Shown here: positions 61,845 to 64,000 of the stretch, piece by piece
Position numbering within the stretch: the stretch's first letter is position 1
Layout: each line of letters starts with the position of its first letter
DNA from: an uncultured Eubacteriaceae bacterium
GTDB taxonomy: Bacteria > Bacillota > Clostridia > Eubacteriales > UBA1433
Assembly (NCBI GenBank): GCA_964533615.1
Contig: CAZHMK010000008.1
Span: forward strand, 56,128-120,127
Length of the DNA stretch: 64,000 bases
Reading direction: 5' to 3'
The notes under the pieces: model-generated
Databases searched by the model: none
Seen by the model: only the letters and a program-made list of their open reading frames with translations
What the model was told of the DNA's origin: nothing
Program-made: the position numbers and the translations under genes

Positions 61845-61945
61845 TTCCCTCCTCGGTTAATTCGTCCATTGCGCTAACCCATATCTTCCGCTTTGGCGGC
61901 ACCGCTATGGCAGATACGCTCTATCTGTGCGCAATGTGTTTTTTT
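61845..61945 (-). promoter_or_regulatory. Probable S2 autoregulatory leader
   Basis: GC-rich structured 5' UTR (ACACATTGCGC...GCGCAATG; CAGATA/TATCTG) before rpsB. Confidence 0.55.
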
Positions 61946-61995
61946 TTAATGCCGTAATATATTACCATAAAAACAATAGAATGTAAAATACTATT

Positions 61996-62772
61996 TTAAT
62001 AATATTTTAACAATTCTATTAACTCTTTATTGACCACTTTAATATATGTGCCTTTCATTCCCAGAGACCGCGTCTCAATCACTCTTCCGCTCTCTAGTTT
62101 TCTCAGGGCATTGACAATTACAGAATGTGTGATGCTGGTGCTGCTCGCAATTTTGCTTACAATAACCATTCCTTCATATCTATTTTCTCCGAAACTTTCA
62201 AAAACACTTTTGACTGCCTGAATTTCGGTATAGGACAGGGTAGATATAGTCAATTTCAGGTTATTATTTTTTCTTTCTTTTTCCATGAGAGCAATATTTT
62301 CAAGCCTCATTAATTCCATAGCCACAATAGTGGCACTATATTCACTTAAAACCAAATCTTCATCCGTAAAACTTAATTTATTTTTAGCAAGCACCATTGT
62401 TCCCAGGCGTTTTCCGCCTCCGTTTATCGGCACTATACTCACATATCGTTCTTTCATTGCGCAAACCATTTCCTCGGAATAAGCACATTTCGGATTTTCT
62501 TCATATTGATTTGCTTTGCTCTCTTTTAAAGACATTAAATAATCATTATAAGCGCCGGGAAACTTTTTGTTTTTTATTGCTTGCATATTTCTATCACATT
62601 GCTCTTCAGGCAGATACGCATATCCTAAAAATTTACCTTCGGTATCGGCAATATAAACATTGCATTTTAAAATATCGCGTAGCATAGAACATAATTCTTC
62701 AAATGATAAAACTCCGTTACCTGATAGCTGGAGTGTCATGTTGAGTTTTCTTGTTTTTTCTAAGAGATTCAT
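61996..62772 (-). CDS. codY: GTP/BCAA-sensing pleiotropic repressor CodY (variant HTH)
   Basis: [51 protein letters not shown]; follows hslU. Confidence 0.95.
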   Translation of the reverse strand: [258 protein letters not shown]

Positions 62773-62814
62773 TTTCTCTCCTGTCCTTTATGGGATTGAA
62801 AAATATTCCAACCC

Positions 62815-64000
62815 CTAAATAATGTATTTTTCTAGGCTTTTTAGGTATTCTTCTGTATCAAACACTTTTCTCACATAATCTCTGCTTACCGTGAAGGTTG
62901 AATTGGCATATTTGTCTACGTCGTACGATATATCTTCAAGCAATTTTTCCATAACCGTGTGCAGTCTCCTTGCTCCTATATTTTCATTGTTTTCATTTTG
63001 ATAAATAGCTACTTTTGCTATCTCCTCAAGCGCACTTTCTTCGAATAAGAGCTGCATGTCTTCTGTGGCAAGCAACTGCTGATATTGCATGATAATAGCG
63101 TTTTGCGGTTGTGTAAGAATTAACTTAAAATGCTCATACGTCAAATTATGCAGTTTTACTTTAATCGGAAAACGTCCCTGCAGCTCCGGTATCAAGTCGG
63201 AGACTTTGCTCATATGAAAAGCACCTGCCGCTACAAATAAAATATGATCTGTTTTTACCGGTCCATACTTCGTATTGACCGTGCTGCCTTCCACGATAGG
63301 CAAAATATCCCTCTGCACACCTTCACGCGACACATCGGCACCGCTGCGGTAGCCTTCACCACCGGCTATTTTATCAATTTCGTCTAAAAAAATAATTCCG
63401 CTCTGCTCGGCATCTCGAATACCCTGCTCTATAATGGCATCCATATCCATGAGTTTATCTGCTTGCTGCTGAACTAATATTTTTCGCGCTTCACTGACGC
63501 TGACACGTCTTTTTTTCTTCTTTTTCGGAAGTATTCCGCCAAGCATATCATTGATATTCATGTCTTCGCCCATACCCCCTCCAATCACTCCGATCGGGAC
63601 ACTTTGATTATCTTCAACCATAATTTCTACGATTTCATCTTCCATTTCGCCGGCCATGAGCTTTCGTTCAACCTCTGAACGTTTCAAGCGCAGCTCATCG
63701 GTAAGTTCCGCTTGCTCACTTTCTTCTTCCTCATTCGCGCCGCCTCCAAAAATCATATCGAACGGAGTTTGTGTTTTTGCCTTTTTCTTCAGAGCCGGTA
63801 CAAGCAAATCAAGCAGCCTCTCAGTCGCCATAAGCTCTGCTTTTAGTTTCACTTCTTCAAATTTTGTCTGCTTCGCCATGCGAATCGCCGCATATACCAA
63901 ATCCCGCACCATGCTTTCCGCGTCTCTGCCCACATAGCCCACTTCTGTAAACTTTGTGGCTTCCACTTTTATAAACGGAGCACTGACGAGTTTTGCAAGC
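62815..64000 (-). CDS. hslU: ATP-dependent protease ATPase HslU/ClpY (5' end outside window)
   Basis: VEATKFTEVGYVGRD, FLDEIDKI, EGVQRDILP, PELQGRFP, GARRLHT. Confidence 0.97.
   Translation of the reverse strand, partial: LAKLVSAPFIKVEATKFTEVGYVGRDAESMVRDLVYAAIRMAKQTKFEEVKLKAELMATERLLDLLVPALKKKAKTQTPFDMIFGGGANEEEESEQAELTDELRLKRSEVERKLMAGEMEDEIVEIMVEDNQSVPIGVIGGGMGEDMNINDMLGGILPKKKKKRRVSVSEARKILVQQQADKLMDMDAIIEQGIRDAEQSGIIFLDEIDKIAGGEGYRSGADVSREGVQRDILPIVEGSTVNTKYGPVKTDHILFVAAGAFHMSKVSDLIPELQGRFPIKVKLHNLTYEHFKLILTQPQNAIIMQYQQLLATEDMQLLFEESALEEIAKVAIYQNENNENIGARRLHTVMEKLLEDISYDVDKYANSTFTVSRDYVRKVFDTEEYLKSLEKYII

Noticed and set aside
18-63937. Numerous 60-240 aa ORFs antisense to or overlapping recognised genes (e.g. 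49439-50152, 13345-13923)
   Set aside because: Shadow frames of well-supported genes with no RBS or recognisable motifs.
1-64000. tRNA, rRNA, CRISPR arrays, IS elements, prophage, defence systems
   Set aside because: No supporting signal; intergenic gaps are short and explained by promoters, leaders and terminators. The excisionase-like HTH has no integrase partner in the window.

Overview
Low-GC, AT-rich chromosomal window from an anaerobic, probably spore-forming Clostridia-class Firmicute (inferred from gene content: hydEFG, desulfoferrodoxin, sleB-ypeB, tepA, ylmC, polC, codY). Bases 1-15 kb form an accessory-type iron/metal/redox block. It holds an HTH_17 regulator plus alpha/beta hydrolase, an [FeFe]-hydrogenase maturation operon (TM1266-family gene, hydE, hydG, hydF, aspA-like), desulfoferrodoxin plus an EncFtn-like ferritin, a Fur/Zur regulator with a Zn/Mn ABC transporter, DUF2325, a DtxR/MntR regulator and feoA-feoA-feoB. 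Bases 16-64 kb are almost all minus-strand core genes: cdaA-cdaR, uvrA, sleB-ypeB, a CDF exporter under a NiCo (czcD) riboswitch, rnr, recA-cinA-pgsA-rimO-ftsK, pnp-rpsO-ribF-rbfA-infB-nusA-rimP, polC-ispG-rseP-cdsA-uppS-frr-pyrH-tsf-rpsB, and codY-hslU. I saw no rRNA, tRNA, CRISPR array, transposase or integrase. The most interesting signals are non-coding. First, an unclassified ~160-nt leader of the hyd maturation operon has a clear terminator/antiterminator switch and a tandem AGA-UUU-UCU hairpin motif. Second, a GTTAG-N6-CTAAC operator occurs four times around the DtxR-family gene. Third, direct repeats lie inside the HTH_17 promoter. Protein-level oddities include a CodY with a substituted recognition helix, an AspA with a variant active-site motif, and loss of dxr, truB and ylxQ from their usual positions. 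All family assignments come from motif recognition by eye; no database search was run.
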